A stretch of DNA of 63,623 nt, filler included, from Octopus bimaculoides (taxonomy: Eukaryota): NCBI RefSeq assembly GCF_001194135.2. It is 5 parts of 5 records of this genome, joined end to end, with 100 filler letters (N's around TTAATTAATTAA, not from the genome) between each part and the next. Parts side by side here need not be neighbours in the genome. Positions count along the whole stretch, not along the records: positions 59,954 to 63,623 come from NC_068986.1; 4 more parts are not named here. The stretch is one strand, 5' to 3'. Below the pieces are notes generated by a model. The model worked only from the letters and a program-made list of their open reading frames with translations, did no database searches and had not been told where the DNA came from. Positions 63,487 through 63,623 of this stretch are shown here, piece after piece (positions within the stretch are counted from its first letter, which is position 1; each line of letters opens with the position of its first letter). The translations under genes and the position numbers were made by a program.

Positions 63487-63623
63487 TTGACTGCTCTCAC
63501 AAACAAGAATACGAAAAATGAACCCGAACGCTCTCAGAAATTATGTGTAAAAACAGGAAAAATAATCTAGAATCCTTGTCCGGTACAAGATCGATCCCAA
63601 AATGTAATGGGTTTGTGCCAGTC

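Overview
AT-rich, microsatellite- and transposon-dense eukaryotic scaffold with many N gaps. The SINE families and repeat style suggest an octopus/cephalopod genome (inferred from recalled repeats, not from a search). The first 14.7 kb holds the last seven coding exons of RNMT (mRNA cap guanine-N7 methyltransferase, + strand). All introns are GT-AG with consistent phases, and the protein ends in an acidic C-terminal extension. A lone putative terminal exon of an EF-hand protein lies at 34262-34323. The rest is mostly decayed mobile DNA: four tRNA-derived SINE families, mariner, maT-like, pogo, hAT, piggyBac-type MITEs, a Helitron derivative, a Gypsy gag, RTE and R4/Dong-type LINEs, and Penelope-like elements (PLEs). 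The most unusual signals are: (1) recurrent hammerhead-ribozyme motifs, including a core-intact one in a direct-repeat-bounded ~0.5 kb unit in an RNMT intron; (2) a composite element joining a tRNA-like Pol III head, a microsatellite linker and a hammerhead module between inverted ends (36554-36943); (3) two R4/Dong-type LINE ends stacked head-to-tail in one (TAA)n array. No rRNA, convincing tRNA gene or CRISPR array was found. Exon and short-motif coordinates were counted by hand; transposon boundaries are approximate.
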